DNA of 64,000 nucleotides, from the NCBI GenBank assembly GCA_965649825.1, contig OZ287701.1:609101-673100 (forward strand), read 5' to 3'. The notes below the pieces were generated by a model that was given only the letters and a program-made list of their open reading frames with translations, had not been told where the DNA came from and did not search any database. Source of the stretch: Penicillus capitatus. Its lineage: Eukaryota; Plantae; Chlorophyta. A program made the position numbers and the translations under genes. Shown here piece by piece: positions 1 to 13,000 of this stretch; positions within the stretch are counted from its first letter, which is position 1, and each line of letters starts with the position of its first letter.

Positions 1-600
1 TGCGAGCGTCTTCACGGCGACGCGGACCATCCGGACACCGTCGATTGCATCAAGATCTACGCCATCGGACTCGACCGAACGGGGAGAATCAACGAGGCCG
101 TGCTGCTCGACAAGAGGGCCCTCGACATGTGCAAGCGCCTTCACGGCGACGCGGACCATCCGGACACCGTCGAGTGCTTCAAGAGCTACGCCATCGGACT
201 CGAACGAACGGGGAGAATCAACCAAGCCTTGCCGCTCTACAGGAGGGCCCTCGACATGTGCGAGCGTCTTCACGGCGACGCGGACCATCCGGACACCGTT
301 GAGTGCATCAAGAGCTACGCCGCCGGACTCGACCGAACGGGGAGAATCAACGAAGCCTTGCCGCTCTACAGGAGGGCCCTCGACATGTGCGAGCGTCTTC
401 ACGGCGACGCGGACCATCCGGACACCGTTGAGTGCATCAAGAGCTACGCCGCCGGACTCGACCGAACGGGGAGAATCAACGAAGCCTTGCCGCTCTACAG
501 GAGGGCCCTCGACATGTGCGAGCGCCTTCACGGCGACGCGGACCATCCGGACACCGTCGAGTGCATGCGCACTTATGCTGCTTGTTTGTCAAGAATCGGA
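1..600 (+). repeat. Coding tandem repeat, 129-bp unit (about 4.6 units visible)
   Basis: ctcgacatgtg recurs at 121, 250, 379 and 508. Units 241-369 and 370-498 look identical by eye. Confidence 0.95.
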
Positions 601-636
601 AGGGACAATGAACTTTGCTTTACATGGAGAGATTGA
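1..636 (+). CDS. 3' part of a TPR-repeat gene, probable NB-ARC-TPR paralog; 5' end lies outside the window; 1-nt deletion near the C-terminus
   Basis: Frame 1 is open from base 1 and encodes 43-aa repeats (ALDMCERLHGDADHPDTVECIKSYAxGLxRTGRINEALPLYR). These match the TPR array of the gene at 19945-22539. Restoring one G between 612 and 613 gives the paralog-like ending NEALLYMERLNKMRERFGDI with a stop at 666-668. The NB-ARC domain is not visible in the window and is inferred from the paralog. Confidence 0.85.
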   Translation, partial: CERLHGDADHPDTVDCIKIYAIGLDRTGRINEAVLLDKRALDMCKRLHGDADHPDTVECFKSYAIGLERTGRINQALPLYRRALDMCERLHGDADHPDTVECIKSYAAGLDRTGRINEALPLYRRALDMCERLHGDADHPDTVECIKSYAAGLDRTGRINEALPLYRRALDMCERLHGDADHPDTVECMRTYAACLSRIGRDNELCFTWRD

Positions 637-2840
637 ACAAAATGCGTGAACGTTTCGGTGACATTTAAATTGTTGGATGTTGCCTAGCCTATTTTACTTG
701 TTTTCCTGTTGAATGGCATGCTAAGGCTGTTGAAATTCTTCGGTTTGAATTCACTGTGTCTCTTAGCGAGAGAAACATACAGGTCAACAATTGCTATCAA
801 TGTTGAAAGGATTTTTTCGTAAAAAGAAGTCCCTATTGTGTTCTTTTGCGTCTTAGTTGTCGGACATCACCGTTCGCCTAGCATTAACTTCGCGCCGGAT
901 TGGTGTTCACTCGATCGCGCTTACCATGAGATTTATATAGCCTCTCTACCAAATCACAAGGTCTTATGTCTGCATGGCGCCACCTCTAGCTTTGCTTACC
1001 GATTAGAAGTTTACATTCTTTTTGAACAATACACCGCATCGATCTCCGGGAAGTCTGTCTGCCGCCTACTCACTACTAGTCTCTAAGTCGCGATTTATCA
1101 TCGATACATAAATGCTGGCATCTGTTTGTTTTCAAGGTGTTATGCGCCTCAAAAGATTCTTACTTAAATTCGTTAATCTTTAAAGAATTACAGAGGAAAG
1201 GGTTGCAGTTGTCCGCCAACTCGACATTTTCTTCTGGGTGAAGGCGAGCTCGTTCTCGACGTAGGTGTCTTTTTCCTTGCGGATGACTCTACCGGCGTTG
1301 TTGTCCAAGTTCACCACGTGTAGTGCTTGAGACCTACCGTATGGATCACCATTGACCAATAGTCGGACGTAGAATTGCAGGACAGTCGTCAATGCCAATA
1401 AATGGCGGCCGACTGAACGACAGTTTTTCTCGAAAAAACTATCTGCTATCTTTCTCGATCTAAATTGACGCTTGAGATCTCTTTCTTCGCAGCGCTCTGA
1501 CAGAAGATTGGTTTATTCTTGATCGAGTCGTTGTTTCCTTCGAAGATAACGCTGCTACTAACGGGCATGACACTGACAGACATTAAGACTGAAGACGATC
1601 ACTTTGCACCCCATCATCCAGTACCCTGCACCAAGTACTAATTGATGCACACAATTTCGCGCGCACTCCTCAGTTTGGCAACGAGATCTTTCTTTTGTAC
1701 TTAGGTGCACACCGACTGACCATTTGTGTCGCGCGTTTACTTCTGAGGTTTTATCTATATTCTTGCTGCGGCTTTTTGCATTGCATACAACACAACCATG
1801 ACACTGATGCAGTTTAAAGTTCGATCGAGGAATGACTGCTTGTCTAAATTCCTTCGTGTGCCAGATACGAAAAACTGCAGTGAGTGTTTTACACAGGAAT
1901 ACTGCGATCAGAGCCTCCAATCGTCGCGGCAAAGACACCGTGCATGTTGACGACAATGCTCACGATTAAAGAGACTGTGCATTTGCAAGTCATTCTTTTA
2001 TAGACTTCGTTATATTGGCCATTCGAATGGCGCAATCAGATTCAACCTTCTAATTGTTTGTGTTTGTGGACGACCAGAGCTGGCGTTTTTCACCCAGGAG
2101 ACACAAGAATGCTTCAACTAAAGCAAGAACTACCATCTTGAGAGGACTGCCACTTTGAGATCAGTTCTGTCAGATGTCCCGTTTCTTGTCAATGCACCCG
2201 TCCCTTCTCAACGCTCCACTTGATGTCGATGACATAAGAAAGACAGAAGGCGTTACGGACGTTGAGATTTGACTCTCTTGTTGACAAATCGTTGAAACAT
2301 TCGGCGCCGCAGAGACCGAAAGAGATACCGCGTAGACGCCGCCTGATGCGTTTCAGTCCAGGCCGCTCGCGACTGCGAAAGGGCGCGGACGCGTCTTGCG
2401 ATTTCAGCATGGGCACAAGCCATCATCCAGTCCCGCTCGCGTCCCTCTGCTCAACCACCTGTTCGCATTCTCTACCACTGACAACACTACCTTACGACAC
2501 AATTGAGACTCCAACAGCAAAAAGACCAACGCCAATAGAGGCAAAAAACCGTCGCGTTCACCTTTTCAGCCTCTATCTCTATCCACATAGCACATGACGA
2601 CGAGCAAACCAAACCAAAAGTCTCCGGGTCGTATTGTGCTGCCGCTTCCTTACTCGCATTCACTGTCGAGGAAGGCGGCTAATCGTAAGTCGTTTAGTAA
2701 GATCTGTCTGTTCTCAACCAACAGACACGGCGGACAGTTCGAGTGATGCTGTCGCACTATGATAAACATCGAACACAATTCGTCCATCTGAATGAACATT
2801 TCGTTATCGCGTTCATTTCGTCGCACGAAGGTCGAGCAAG

Positions 2841-3876
2841 ATGAGTCGTGTCTGGGATGAAAGTCTCAATCCGTATGATGTGTTGGAAATCGCCAACGGA
2901 CTCGAGGCATCGGAAGCAGATATCAAGAAGGTCCCGGTCCTTTTCGTGCACGGAGTCGCGACGTTCAGTCTTTAGGCTTACCGCAAACTCGCCCGTCTCA
3001 AGCACCCGGACAAGAACCCCACGGCACGAATCGAAGGTAAGACTTAAGTCGAGGCACAAAGACATTAAATGCGTTGTTTTGGTGTATGCAGAATTTCATT
3101 TGATTCAGAGCGCCTACGAAATTCTAACCGATGTTGACGCCCGAGCGGCCTACGACACCGTTATCAAGTAAGCAAGCAGTTCTTCAGAATCTCTAGTGGA
3201 TGACGTCAGTCAAGAGCGCGTCAGCTTAATGAAGAGCGATGGCAAAAGCAATCAGAGAAGCGCAGGCGCATGAGAGAAGATCTCGAACAGAAAGAAAAGG
3301 CGTGGAGTGAAGAACGTCGAGAAGAGGCTTCAGCTCAGGCCGCTCTGCAGAAGGAACTCGAACGATTGCGGCAAAAACTCGAAAAGCAGCACCAAGACAA
3401 GACACAGCTGGCACGTCCTTCCAACCAGCCGTCACTTCAGACCCTCCATCGTATGGTGAAGATCAAGTGGACTGACAGCAAGACGACGTGGAATGAAGGT
3501 TCCACATCGTAACGGTATTATTACGTAACATGAGCGTAAGGATATGCTTGCAGAGAAGTTAAGAGATGTGCTTCAAAAGTGGACGACGGTGAAAGCCGTT
3601 GCGCTTCGGCGAAAAAGGGGACACGTGTATACTGCCGTCGTCGAGTTGTCCTCGGCAGGAGACGTTGCGGAGTTGATCGCCCATCAAGAATCGTGTATTG
3701 AGGGTACCTTCAAAGGGAAATCGTCGGCCATCGGTGTCCTTCTGAAGTTCACGTTGAAGCCAATGAACTGCGACGTACCTGCTGAGTCGGTACCCTCCAC
3801 GAACTTCAGTCCCGCGTCGTTGTCAGAAGCGGAAGTGCTGGCCAAGATGCGCCGCGCCGCTGGAATGCGAGGATAG
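2841..3876 (+). CDS. DnaJ-domain protein, DNAJC17/Cwc23-like (J domain, coiled coil, degenerate RRM-like region); spliced
   Basis: Spliced reading MSRVWDESLNPYDVLEIANGLEASEADIKK|AYRKLARLKHPDKNP...|FHLIQSAYEILTDVDARAAYD contains the HPD motif. It is followed by the charged coil KRRRMREDLEQKE, then VKIKW, and ends EAEVLAKMRRAA. Confidence 0.8.
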
Positions 3877-4074
3877 CCGTACGTAATGGTCGGCGGTTAT
3901 CATCACTATTCCTTTTCTCAAAGTCTTTTGCTGGACCTCCCGCTGTTTATTTAAAGACATCTGTTCGACTATCTCCTCTCTGCCTAAGACTTCATTGACG
4001 GATACTCTGTGTCGTTTGATATTTGCTTCTCGGACGTCAGTTACTCGGTCAACGCGGACCCGCGGCTCTATAAT

Positions 4075-6294
4075 ATGAAGAACTCACGGACTTCGCGTCA
4101 GCTCTTGCTGGAAACAACGCGAATGAGCGAGACCAAGGTGCGCGACAAGAAATCAGGTAGCCACAGTGTGCATTGCTTACCGGGTGGTTGGCTGATGTTT
4201 CTGGCCTGTGTACAGTGGAGTGGGCATCGTTGCCGGGCAACGTGGTTGATGGTGTCATGGTACACGTGCCCGTAAAACAGACCCTCGTCTTGCGCCTCGT
4301 TTGTCGACATTGGCGTCGGCATATCGACCATGGCATTCGGAAAATGGTGCATTCGGTCTCCAGGCCGATCCGTTGATGAAAGAGTGATGAAATGACAGGT
4401 GACGAATCCGAAGTGTCCACAAATGGTGCCAGTAGCGAGGATACCAGAACAATTCCCAATGATCTATCATCTGGATCTCTCGTGTCAGGTAGATGATCAT
4501 ACAGAGCCTCGGGCATATCATTTGAGCGGTGGTTGGATTCAGGCCTGGGGTTACGGGCAGAATCTCACACCGGCTTCGGGTGCCCAACTGAGCGCATTAC
4601 AAAAACTGCGTCATCTGAGAAGCATTAAGCTGACGAACTGGTCGACTTTGCCATTGAATGGGTTCCAAACAATTGTCGGATTGAAGTCGGTGACGGAGCT
4701 GGATTTGACGAACTGCAGATCGGTAGGGGACAACTACTTGCGCTGCTTTCGTTCCATTTCGTCGAAACTGAAGCTTCTCATCTTAAGTGGATGTAGTAAA
4801 ATCACGGATCGGGGCATTACACATCTATCCGCGCTCCAACACCTTACGGAGCTCAGGTACGATGAATGGCATATCCATGAAGATCGCTTTCTAACGAAGG
4901 GCATTGTACTCATAGATTGGCTCGCGTTGGAGGCATAACTGGCGAATCGCTAATTCAGTTACCCTCATCGTTGGAGACGTTGGATCTATCGTTTTGTGAG
5001 GATCTGTCGGATAGCGCCTTGCAGATGATCATTCAGTCCGGCGAATTTTCCTCGTCGTTAACGAACCTGAATCTCACGGGTTGCCAGAACGTAAAGTCCA
5101 GGACATTGATGTCACTCTCTGCTCTGTCAAGCATAACTCGCCTCAAGCTGGGTTATCTGACACAGCTGTCGGAGGTTGGGCGATGGAGTCGATTCTCGGA
5201 GCTCTGTGTGTTGGATGTGTCGTACGTTACGGGACTGAATATGCAAGAAGCCCTGCCCATTATCGGTGATATGATACAGCTGAGAAGCTTACGAATGAAT
5301 GGATGTCGCCGAACACAAGGATTGCAGGCACAACAGTTAACGCAGCTGAAACAACTGCGATGTTTAGAGTTGAGTCAGTGGTCAAACATCCAATTCGGGT
5401 TGGACGTGGCGGACGTGCTTCCAAATCTGGAAGTACTCGACTTGTCCAGATGCTATGGCCCCATTAATAACGCCCAGCAATACTTCAAAAAAGCGTCGAA
5501 GCTGAAGGTCCATCCTCACTCCTATCCGTAGACATCTGTGATCGGTTGCGTATTGTCTCTTGGCAGATTCTGGGTCTATCGCACATCTCATTTCTTCCTT
5601 TGAGTGTGATGACGGGCGTTGGCGGTCTCAACTCGTTGGAGGTGTTGAATCTCTCCGGTCTGGGGAATATGAGTGACCGAACACTACAAGAACTCTCCAG
5701 AGCCACGACTTTAAAGTACTTGGATCTATCCCAGAATGGAATCTTCTGCAAAGTCACAAACAAAGGTGATTCGATGACACTTGCCTCTTTCGGAAGATCT
5801 GACGGATGTTGTGGTTCCTGCTCTCAGGTGCTCAGGCTTTGCAGTCGTTGATTCTGTTGAAGAGTTTGAAGATTTCTGGTTGGACAGAAGTGACGCCTAA
5901 AGGATTTTCGGTCTTGCGGTGTTTGCCTAAGTTGACATCTTTGAACCTTTCGTCCTGTCCCAAGGTAACGAATAAAGTCGTCAGAGGGATTGCAAATTCC
6001 TTATCGGACCTGGCGGAACTCAATCTGGTAAACTGTTTCCACGTGACGTGTTCCGATCTGGGAGTACTTCGCAAGATGTCAGAGCTTGATACCCTGAAGC
6101 TCTCATTGCATCTCAAAGGGGACATCGACAGTCAGTTACCGAATATCAAGAATCTTCAATTGGTCTCTCCTCTCGACGCCGAGCTCTGGGAGGATCGCAG
6201 CCATCCATCAAACTTTCAACACGTATTGGAAACATATTCAAGAGAGGAAGACGGCACTTCCTGCGATACTCCTTCCTTTCTGAATCGAATGTGA
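4075..6294 (+). CDS. F-box-like / leucine-rich-repeat protein (FBXL type); spliced
   Basis: N-terminal WASLPGNVVDGVMVHV...LRLVCRHWR is F-box-like. Many Cys-containing LRRs follow (LDLTNCRSV, LILSGCSKITDRGI, LDLSFCEDLSD, LNLTGCQNV, LNLSSCPKVTN). The start codon could be 4075 or 4123. Confidence 0.8.
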
Positions 6295-7423
6295 CCGAGC
6301 TCTTCGTCGCCATTGACTGAAGTCGCTGTGCCTGCTGTCATAATCTGATGTTGTTTGTTTGTTGTCGTTCAACACACACGGCTCTCGGTGTCTTTCTTTT
6401 GCATTTTTTGCGTTTTGAGGATTCCAATACGTCTGGCAGATGGAATGGAGGAATGTCAGAGCAAGGTGTAACTCTAAATTGGGCAGGGATGGCAAGGTGG
6501 CTATTGCTTTTTGATTTACGACTTGTTTGGCATGGCGACACTTGCATGGATACATTTCATACCTCTTTTTCTATTGATGTTTGTTGTTGTGCTCTAATCT
6601 GTTATCCAGAGTCTTACTTACATCACACCGTATGTGTTTTTCTTTTGGTGTGGTTCCCTTGAGGCTTGTTTCTTTACCGTATTGGCCATGTTGTCCATTT
6701 TTCCCTGTTCCATTTTTTATAGCTTGGAAATGGAAAGTGCAATATGGAATGGTGACCAAGGCTAGATGTGAAAGTCGAATCTGTCTCTCTATTTCTAGTC
6801 CATATTGTACATCCGACCGAGCTTCGCTTTATTTGAAAGCAAGCGACCAATCAATCGACTAACCGATTAAAATAGAGCCGTCTGTGGGATATATGTCTGT
6901 TGAATGCTATGACTGTGCATAAAAGCTACAGATCTCTTCAATGCTTGCATGCACACGGTAACTCCATCTGTTTTTTACTTGATCTCATCTTGGGTGTTTC
7001 ACATCGGCCGTACGTTTCCTGCTCGTTATTATTATTCAATCCTCCTTTCTAAGCCATTTGACAACCATGACGACGACACGAACATAGAAGGTATCATGTA
7101 AAGAGGATGTGCGAGGGAAAAGGCATGCGTGATTCTCTATTCTTTGATGCTATGGATCTTTGCTGTATTGCTTTGTGTCGCATCGGATATGCGCTTTTTG
7201 GGTTTTCAAAGGGAATGAGAGGACACAGATACTGTAAGAGAAGCACAATATCAGGAGGACGATCCATCATGTCCAGAACCCATCACGCGCTCGATCGCGT
7301 CACGCAATACACGTCACATCAGCTACGCCCCCTCGTGTCATCGAGCTGCCTAGACGTAGCTCTACGTCAAAGACACCTACGAGCATCGTCTTGGTCTAAG
7401 TATTCTCCAGACAGAGTGCAACA

Positions 7424-9088
7424 ATGCAATCCTTTCAGCTCATGCGATCGCCGAAATTCACGAGAGCGTCGTATAGAGGAAAACAGCGTGGTCGCGTTCT
7501 CTGTGCAGCCAACCCGTATCGTACGTTTGGACTAAAGTCCGTTTCCGTCATCCGAGACCACCGAGCGACAGTGCCCATGGTTTAGGTCGCTGAACTTGTC
7601 GCCGTCTTTTCAAGCTATCTCCCGTGGACTCAAGTCATTGCAGGAATCGCCATCGAAGCTATGTTATCGCTCGGCCAACAGTGCCTCGTCTTCGCAGACG
7701 CTCGACGCAACGCCAAATCGCTCGAGTGGTCAGCAAGACACCGTGGCACAGAAGGAGAAACTCGGTGTCATGTTGCTTAATCTTGGTGGTCCAGAGACGC
7801 TCGACGACGTCCAGCCTTTTCTCTACAATCTCTTTGCCGACCCAGATATCATTCGACTACCAGAGGCGCTGAGATTTTTGCAGAAGCCTCTGGCCACCGT
7901 CATCTCAATGACGCGTGCCAGCAAGAGTGCTGAGGGATACAAAGCGATTGGCGGCGGATCTCCCTTGAGGCGAATCACAGAAGAACAGGGAGGCGCTCTA
8001 AAACAGGCCTTAAATCGAAAAGGAACTGATGTCGAAGTCTACGTCGCCATGCGATACTGGCATCCCTACACCGAAGAGGCCATGAACCAAGTACGCGTAC
8101 AATGCGATCCAGTGAGAAAAGAGTGAGAAGAGGGATACTGCTGGCTGGTGTAGATTAAAAAAGATGGAATCACGAATCTCGTTGTGCTGCCCCTCTACCC
8201 GCAGTTTTCTATCTCCACTAGCGGCTCCAGTCTACGGTTACTGCAAAATATACTCGAAAACGACCCAGAACTCATCACGCTGAAGCACACGGTATGTCAT
8301 GGCCCTGTTGTCGGATTTCATGATGATCTGTGCAGGTTATACCCTCCTGGTATCAAAGGAAAGGATACGTGAATGCCATGGCGGATATGATTCTGGCGGA
8401 ACTCAATCTCTTCGACAGTCCAGAAGACATCGAAATCTTCTTTTCAGCCCATGGCGTTCCCAAGAGCTACGTCTCTCAAATCGGCGATCCGTACAAAGAA
8501 GAAATGGAAGAATGCGTGTCCCTGATTATGGCCGAGCTCCAGAGACGTCACGTCACAAACCATCACACATTGGCCTATCAGAGTCGCGTCGGTCCTGTGG
8601 AGTGGCTGAAGCCGTACACAGATGATAGTATTCGAGAGCTCGGACGCAAAGGCACGAGCGGAATGCTTGCTGTCCCGATCAGTTTCGTCAGCGAACATAT
8701 CGAAACGCTTGAAGAGATCGATATGGAGTACAAGGAACTGGCCCTTGCCTCCGGCATCGCACAGTGGCGTCGTGTGCCTGCACTGAATACCAACCCTGCT
8801 TTCATCGAAGATCTGGCAGATGCTGTCTTAGAAGCATTGCCTTACGTTGGATCCATGATTGGACATTCCGACTCCCTCGTGCCCATCGGCGAAGTCGATG
8901 CTTTGTTGGATGTCTTCGATCGCGATCGTCCAACGCTGCCGTCGCCAACGGGTATGTGGAAATGGGGGTTCACTGCCAGTGCCGAAATCTGGAATGGAAG
9001 AATCGCCATGGTCGCCGTCCTCGTGATACTGATGTTGGAGACGATGACGGGACGCGGTATTCTCTCAAACCTCTTTACTGCATTCTAA
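7424..9088 (+). CDS. hemH: Plastid ferrochelatase with C-terminal CAB domain (FC2 type)
   Basis: Motifs [48 protein letters not shown] and [11 protein letters not shown] are present. The C-terminus [16 protein letters not shown] is a CAB motif. Splicing gives a transit-peptide-like start [29 protein letters not shown]. Confidence 0.95.
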
Positions 9089-9419
9089 ACAATCCGATAC
9101 TGTACGTACGATCGATTGAGCATTCAGGGTATAAACAACGTCGTCTGTGGTACACCTATTGTATTCTTTCTTGAGGGACATTCTTACTAAGATCGTGCTC
9201 TTTGTACGAAGTCTGGTTGAGATTCTTTCGTAGTTGCAACCGATTCAATGCAAAGCACCCGACGCTCTATCGCATTCTTTGTAAAATTAAAGGAGTTCAT
9301 CTAAAGTACTGGGCGTAATCGAAAAGTGCATCGTTGCAGTGGAAAGCCAGTAGCTGGCCCATTATCACATATCGCAAAACGGACGATCTTTGTTGCGAAA
9401 ACAGAAACGGAAATGTTAG

Positions 9420-9997
9420 GTCAAGACGCCGATCGCTGGAATCCTGAAACCTTTCGGTATTTAGGACGATCCGATCGAACACGCATTCACCGGCGTGGCG
9501 AGATCGATAACGAAGGAAGGTCGCCTTTATACAAACAGGTCTCATAGGGCAACCACGGAATCCGCTTGTATGCGTCGCCGGACAGTTGCCTCGACATACG
9601 TGATCGGTTTTTACGAAGCAACTGCGGAACAGAGGATACAGTGGAAGGTCCGGGCACCGCCGTTTCGACACGAGCAAATGCATTTCGAACTCGCACAAGG
9701 CGGCGTTTCTCTTCATTATATAGATGTCGGACATCCGATCTTGAAGCAGGACGCCATTCTATACAGCATCGCACCGAGCGTTGCATTCCTTGGGGCAACG
9801 CGGTGGTGGACGAACATGGATCATTATCTGTCGCACCCCATGGCCAGGAATCTGATAACGATGACACTAGCCGTATCCTGCCTTTCGCCCCTGTCATCTT
9901 CGAAGTCTCCGTTTGTCGTCTGACGGCGCAGCGAGTTGTTAAGCCTTGCCGAGTCGGAAGCAACAGACCAGAGTTTTCGCACTGTGGGGCACAATAG
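9420..9997 (+). CDS. Putative small spliced gene of unknown function; 5' end not resolved
   Basis: Three GT-AG introns of about 47-52 nt join in compatible phase to give DDPIEHAFTGVARSITKEGRLYTNSCLDIRDRFLRSNCGTEDTVEGGVSLHYIDHRTERCIPWGNAVVDEHGSL. I recognise no family. Confidence 0.3.
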
Positions 9998-10085
9998 CGA
10001 CAAAACGTCACATCAACAGAGCGACTCTCTTATAGACTTGGATCCGCCACCACCATCGGCATCACGACCGCGATTGCAGCTATCG

Positions 10086-13000
10086 ATGTCGACCGCGCGC
10101 CTAGCTGGCTGTTTAGCAGGCCCTTGCGTCTCGGCAAATTTAGGTGTTGGGGATGTCCTCGAAGGACAACTGTTTGCCTATGGCGTCGGTTCCAGCGTGA
10201 CCATCGTCGACGTAAGACACGTCATGAACAAGGCAATCTGTATGCGCTCTGTGCCACAGCTCTTCGCTTTCAAAATCCTATGCACGCTTCAAGGCGGCCA
10301 TGGAAAAATTCCTGTCACCGCCGTTTCTTGGTGCGTTATCAGAACTGCACTCGGTAACGAATGCTTGGCAACTTCTAGGCATCCAGAATGTCATGCCAGA
10401 GATTTAAAGGCAGTGACCCATCTGAGGTGCATTCTTCTGTAGAGGTAAGTATCTGAAGACAGGATGTGCAGATGTGCAAGTGGCGATGGAGAGGGACATG
10501 TCGTCGTATGGGACATCGTTCGCGTGTCCGTTCTGTTTAAACTGAGGGACGCCAAACACACGTTTGAGCATTCTGAGGGGGTCAAGAGTATGGCATGGGT
10601 CATGCATCAACCGTGTCTTTTGGCAGTCGTTTTGGGTCCATCGACACTTGTACTGTGGGATGCTATGCGTATGAATGGACTGAGAAAGAGTGAGATATCA
10701 CTATAATGTGAAAACGTAGGTTCTGGCGGCGTGGTATGGCATCGCGATCTGGCAGGCGTGGGATCGCTGCACAGTCTCTCTGTGAATCCAATGGATCGCC
10801 GTTCCGTGTGTCTCTGCGGGAGCAATGGCGTTTGTTTGTTGATCTGCTTTTCTGGTGAACCGTACGAGAGAACATCTGTCAAACAGTATCGCGTCTCCAG
10901 CACAGGTCCCTCGCTGCAGAATGCCCGATGCGACAGGTGTCTCTTTGTAGGATCTGCTTCAAAGATGCCTTGTAATTTGCACTGTCTGTTTCCTCACATG
11001 CAGCATACATTGTTGGTCATGTTGGGTACAGAGATCTTGATCTTTGATGTTGAATTCGGACAGCCACTGGGTTCCATTCCGCTGCCCAAGGGCTACAAAC
11101 CATTCAAGAAACTCCTTGGCGTCTACGGGCATTCAACGAGCTACGGCGCTGGATTGACCGGCGGCACAGACAGCATCTACGCATTGCACGAGGTCCGACC
11201 CATCTACACAGAGCCCTCTATCAGAAGGGACATGGCATCTGTTGCAGGATGGCATGTTCACATCGTGGAATCGGGCGTCGGACTGTTTAACGTTTTCGAT
11301 GGGTACCAGTACCAAACTGGTACCCAGACCTTTGCGAGGCATGTACGGTTCTCAGTTAAATATCATGACCTCCTGTGGCTGCATCTGGCGAAGTGACAGT
11401 CTGGAGCGACTTGAGGAAAGGACATCTCCATCTGCGGGACAGGGCGCCTCTGCTGCAGAAGAATCGTATTTTCCAAGCAAATCTCTGCTGATTGTGAATG
11501 TCATGAGCAATGGTCAGTTGTGGCGGTGGAGAGCCAGTCTTCCTTGTAGATCCCCAGATGTCATCCGAGAACCCTCTGCCGATCTCATCGACTTTGCAGC
11601 GTGGAATGGAGATTCCGTCGCAGATACATTGCTGGATGAACTCGGTCAGCCTACTGCTCTTGGCAACGGCACGTCAGACAAAGAGAAGCTCCCGACAAAG
11701 ATCTCGACTTCGTACGAAGAGGATTTCAGTGAGAGACTCGATATTGAACGCGTTCTCTGTACTCTTTCCGGATCGGTGACGCATGTCAGTGTCTTGCCTC
11801 TATGCTTGTCTGATGGAAAGGCACTGGCAGAAGAAGAAAACGCGCCGAGTCCAATTGAACGAGCGACTTCGTTGGACATCGTTTCGGAAGAGATTCCAGA
11901 AGAGACGCCTCGGATTTTATTGCCAGATTCGTGCCGTTCTTCGACAGCTACCGTTCCGGAATCGCATACCCGTCGTACACGGACACCGATACTTGCGGCA
12001 GTGACAGCGACAGGTGGTCTAGAGATCATTGCTTTGCGGAGAGGATGTCTCACGGCAGTCTATCCAGAGATCATCCGTTCTTACTCAGTCCATGAATCCC
12101 GCTGCCGCAGTGTACGCTGGTTGGGTAATGGCCCACTGGCTGTCTCATTCAGCAGTGAAAAGATCGATGGATTGTGGAAGAATATCCTCATGCTGACCGA
12201 TGTCCGAACAGGAGAGAGCGTTCCTTTCCGCGTCATGCCTCCCGAAACGTCTGGGATGTTGGGCATCCGTGCTTCGCCTGCCGGAAAATATGTCGTGGTT
12301 CTGTTGAAGGATGCACCGTCCGAAATCTGGCTCGTGAGCACAGGGGAGATCTCTTTGAGTGTGAACAGAGTTTGTGCAGGTGATGGACATGCATCACGCA
12401 AAAAGGGTGCGACATCTGGAGATCCCATTCACGGCAGTGGACTGGACGCTAGCGCACGTCACATCACCACCATCCCTACTGAACAAAAACTGGTCAGCCA
12501 AGAAGTCACATCAAAGACACGCTTAAGGGCGCTCGTTCTGACAGGGAAGAAGACTCGGGATCGCCTGATGAACTGCCTTTGGAGACTCTTGTCTTTACGG
12601 TGAGCGATGGTCGAGTGGGAACCATCTCTCTACAGGGAAAGAAGGTGATCGATGCCAGTTTCGTGTTATCTGTCGAGTTCTGTCTTTTCAGGTGATCAAT
12701 TCTAAGGTGCGATTGCCTGGATGGGCGAATTTTGGCCCGACGAGTTCTGTCGGTCGTTGTATCTCCATTGCCGCCGTCGGATCGATGGTACTGCTGGGAG
12801 ACTATGACGGTCTGTATTCCTGGATCTTGCCCCGATGATCATTTCTGCACATTTCTAGGCAATTTGATCAAGTGGGATCTAGAAAGCGGCAAGAGCGAAA
12901 CGATTTTCACCGATTCCGGCCCCGTCCGGAGAATTCTGATCAATTCTTACATGAGAGGCACAACTGCGTCCTTTCGCGTCGCTATTCTCTCTGCCACATG

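Noticed and set aside
1-600. 129-bp tandem repeats as a CRISPR array or satellite
   Set aside because: Units are contiguous with no unique spacers, are a multiple of 3, and encode TPRs in frame. The same applies to 19990-20760.
1180-2425. Possible - strand gene starting MACAHAEIARRVRALSQSR...
   Set aside because: I could not build a phase-consistent spliced model or recognise a product.
6300-7100. T-rich low-complexity stretch with short ORFs
   Set aside because: No terminal repeats, no recognisable protein and no consistent splicing. Treated as 3' UTR or intergenic.
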